A DNA stretch of 64,000 nucleotides from Clostridium sp. CAG:245 (lineage in GTDB: Bacteria; Bacillota; Clostridia; TANB77; CAG-508), in NCBI GenBank assembly GCA_000435175.1, contig FR880046.1:47271-111270 (forward strand), in the 5' to 3' direction. Shown in pieces: positions 61,698 to 64,000 of the stretch. Under the pieces are notes generated by a model. It was given only the letters and a program-made list of their open reading frames with translations, did not search any database and had not been told where the DNA came from. The first letter of the stretch is position 1. Each line of letters opens with the position of its first letter. The translations under genes were made by a program, and so were the position numbers.

Positions 61698-61989
61698 AAT
61701 TGAGCCACCTTTCTGACTAAAAAACTTTTGCCGTCGAAGACGACTACATCATTTATAATTATAGCATAAAAGTATAAGACGTTCAACTCTGTAACATAAC
61801 ATCTAATGATATTATATACATATGAAAAGTGTTAAGGTTATATTAAAGTAAAAAATTTCATTTTAGTATAGACAAATATTTGTTCTTATTATAAAATAGA
61901 TGCAATAGTTCAAAAATAAAAATAATTAATATTTTATAGATAACAACGAATATACTAAGAACTAAATTTTATATAAAGGACGTGTTCTT

Positions 61990-62943
61990 ATGGACGAAAA
62001 AAGAAATGAAATTATTTTATTTGAAAACCAAGGAGTAAAATTAGAGGTAAACCTAAAAGATGAAACAGTATGGCTTAATAGGCAACAACTATCAGAATTG
62101 TTTGAAAGAGATATAAAAACTATTGGAAAGCATATTAATAATGCTTTGAAAGAAGAACTAAAAGATGACAATTCAGTTGTCGCAAAATTTGCGACAACTG
62201 CTAAAGATGGAAAAAAATATAGTGTAGAATACTATAATCTTGATGTAATTACATCGGTTGGATATCGTGTTAAATCATCGCAAGGCGTAGCATTTAGAAA
62301 GTGGGCAAATAAGATATTAAAAGATTATATGTTAAAAGGCTATGCAATAAATCAAAAGAGATTAGATTATTTAGAGAAAACTGTAAAGCTAATAGATATT
62401 GCTAATCGTATTGATGAAAGACTTGAGGGTAACGATGCGAAAGAAATATTAAAGGTAATTGCAGGATACACAAAAGCATTAGATTTATTGGATGATTATG
62501 ACCATAAGACATTAAAGAAAATTCAAGGAAACTTAGATACACGAAAAATTGAATATCAAGAATGTATAAGTATAATTAACAAATTGAGATTTAATGAGGA
62601 AAGTTCACTCTTTGCAGTTGAAAGAAATAAGGGACTAGAATCTATTATCGGGAATATTTATCAAAGTTTCGGACGGACAAGATATTTATAAAAGTATTGA
62701 AGAAAAAGGAGCTAATTTCTTATATTTAATAGTAAAAAATCATGTATTTGCAGATGGAAATAAAAGAATCGCAGCAACACTGTTTATATATTTTTTGAAT
62801 TTTTATGGAATATTATATAAAAATAATAAACAGGTAATTGACAATAATACATTAACAGCACTTACTTTATTAATTGCTGAATCAAATCCAAAGGAAAAAG
62901 ATGTAATTATCGATTTAGTAATGAATTTTTTAAATAATGACTG
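61990..62943 (+). CDS. Fic/DOC family protein with an RhuM-like N-terminal domain, interrupted by an apparent +1 frameshift at ~62675 (ORF 61990..62691 plus continuation 62690..62943)
   Basis: N-terminal RhuM-like DNA-binding region (ITSVGYRVKSSQGVAFRKWANKILKDYMLKGYAINQKRL). After the shift, the Fic motif NHVFADGNKRIAATLF appears. Removing one G from ggacggacaa gives continuous FGRQDIYKSIEEKGANFLYL. Confidence 0.7.
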
Positions 62944-63108
62944 AAAAACAGTATGCTAAAAAATGAGTGAGCTGATTATAAATACCAAAAACAGCTCTTC
63001 CACTTACGTGGGAGAGCTGTTAAACTTTACGAACCAGGGGAAATGTCTAATTTTGAAAATAAATGTTTAAAATGTAAGTTTTTGGATAACATATTGTGGG
63101 TGATTAGT

Positions 63109-64000
63109 ATGTTTAAGCCAAAGGCTTTATATTGTGAAAATAATATTGAAAATTATGCGCTTGGAAGAGAGTTATTAGAAAAATATGCTGATGTTCCAAG
63201 AGTAATGATTGACAATCATAATAATATTGAAGAAATGAGAAAAAAGCAAAATAAGGATTTTGCAGATATGAAGCAAAATCTGATAATAGGAGTTAGAAAA
63301 ACACATAAATTTGTTCCAAATCATAAGACATCAGATTTTCTAGTTCCATATACATCTTCTGGTTGCACAGCAATGTGTATGTATTGTTATCTTGTATGTA
63401 ATTACAATAAGTGTGCATATTTGAGACTGTTTGTAAATAGAGAAGAAATGTTAGATAAAATTATAAGAACTGCTCAAAATTCAGAGAAAGATTTAACTTT
63501 TGAAATTGGAAGTAACAGCGATTTAATTTTAGAAAATACAATTACAAATAATTTAGTATGGACGATTGAAAATTTTGCTAATACTTCAAAGGGGCATTTA
63601 ACTTTTCCTACTAAGTTTGACATGGTAGATGACATTTTGCCTTTAAAACATAATGGAAAAGTTACTATTAGAGTGAGTGTAAACCCAGAAGAAATTATTA
63701 ACAAAGTTGAATTCGGTACATCGAGATTAAGAAATAGGGTTCAAGCTATAAATAAATTAGCAGATGCCGGCTATCCTATCGGAATATTGATAGCACCTGT
63801 AATATTAGTAGAAAATTGGAAAGAGCTATATTCGAATTTAATAAAATATTTATATGAAAATTTAAATGAAAAAGCTAAGAAGCAGGCATTCTTCGAAATT
63901 ATTTTTATGACGTACAGCTTTGTTCACAAGGCAATAAATACAGAAGCATTTCCAAATGCAATAGATTTATATAGCCCAGAATTAATGAGAGGACGTGGCA
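63109..64000 (+). CDS. splB: Spore photoproduct lyase (radical SAM), partial (continues past window end)
   Basis: LIIGVRKTHKF, radical-SAM cluster PYTSSGCTAMCMYCYL, KHNGKVTIRVSVNPEEII and ADAGYPIGILIAPV align with B. subtilis SplB. Confidence 0.85.
   Translation, partial: MFKPKALYCENNIENYALGRELLEKYADVPRVMIDNHNNIEEMRKKQNKDFADMKQNLIIGVRKTHKFVPNHKTSDFLVPYTSSGCTAMCMYCYLVCNYNKCAYLRLFVNREEMLDKIIRTAQNSEKDLTFEIGSNSDLILENTITNNLVWTIENFANTSKGHLTFPTKFDMVDDILPLKHNGKVTIRVSVNPEEIINKVEFGTSRLRNRVQAINKLADAGYPIGILIAPVILVENWKELYSNLIKYLYENLNEKAKKQAFFEIIFMTYSFVHKAINTEAFPNAIDLYSPELMRGRG

Noticed and set aside
63474-63704. 76-aa minus-strand ORF
   Set aside because: Lies inside the well-supported splB coding region on the opposite strand.

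Overview
AT-rich (~28% GC) chromosomal segment of an endospore-forming Firmicute (Clostridium-like). It carries many sporulation genes, a four-gene Wadjet (JetABCD) anti-plasmid SMC system next to an Rpn-family nuclease, housekeeping genes, cell-envelope genes and accessory cargo.

- **Sporulation genes:** GerA-family germination protein, spoIVA, the complete spoIIIAA-AH operon, a spore photoproduct lyase, and a YtvI-like AI-2E transporter.
- **Housekeeping:** glyQS, tdk, dCMP deaminase, uvrA, murD, secA, tag, rsuA, yebC, an NrnA-like DHH phosphoesterase.
- **Envelope and surface:** a large Big_2/MBG-repeat surface protein with a DUF1566 C-terminus, a GT8 glycosyltransferase, an MBOAT/DHHW O-acyltransferase pair, and a MATE efflux protein fused to a cytidylate-kinase-like domain.
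- **Accessory cargo:** a ToxN/AbiQ-family type III toxin with a candidate upstream RNA antitoxin, a Qnr-like pentapeptide protein, a Fic/RhuM protein, a TetR-oleate hydratase pair, and a Y-family polymerase plus YolD module.

The most unusual signals are three.
- A GC-rich ~30-nt palindromic hairpin element is present in six copies in both orientations, and three copies donate the last codons and the stop codon to unrelated genes.
- Two copies of a ~90-110-bp structured element have a conserved core and different but still pairing flanking stems.
- At least seven apparent single-base insertions split otherwise conserved genes (spoIVA, spoIIIAA, spoIIIAE twice, jetD, the secA C-terminus, fic). 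These could be assembly errors or pseudogenization.

No rRNA, tRNA or CRISPR arrays were found.
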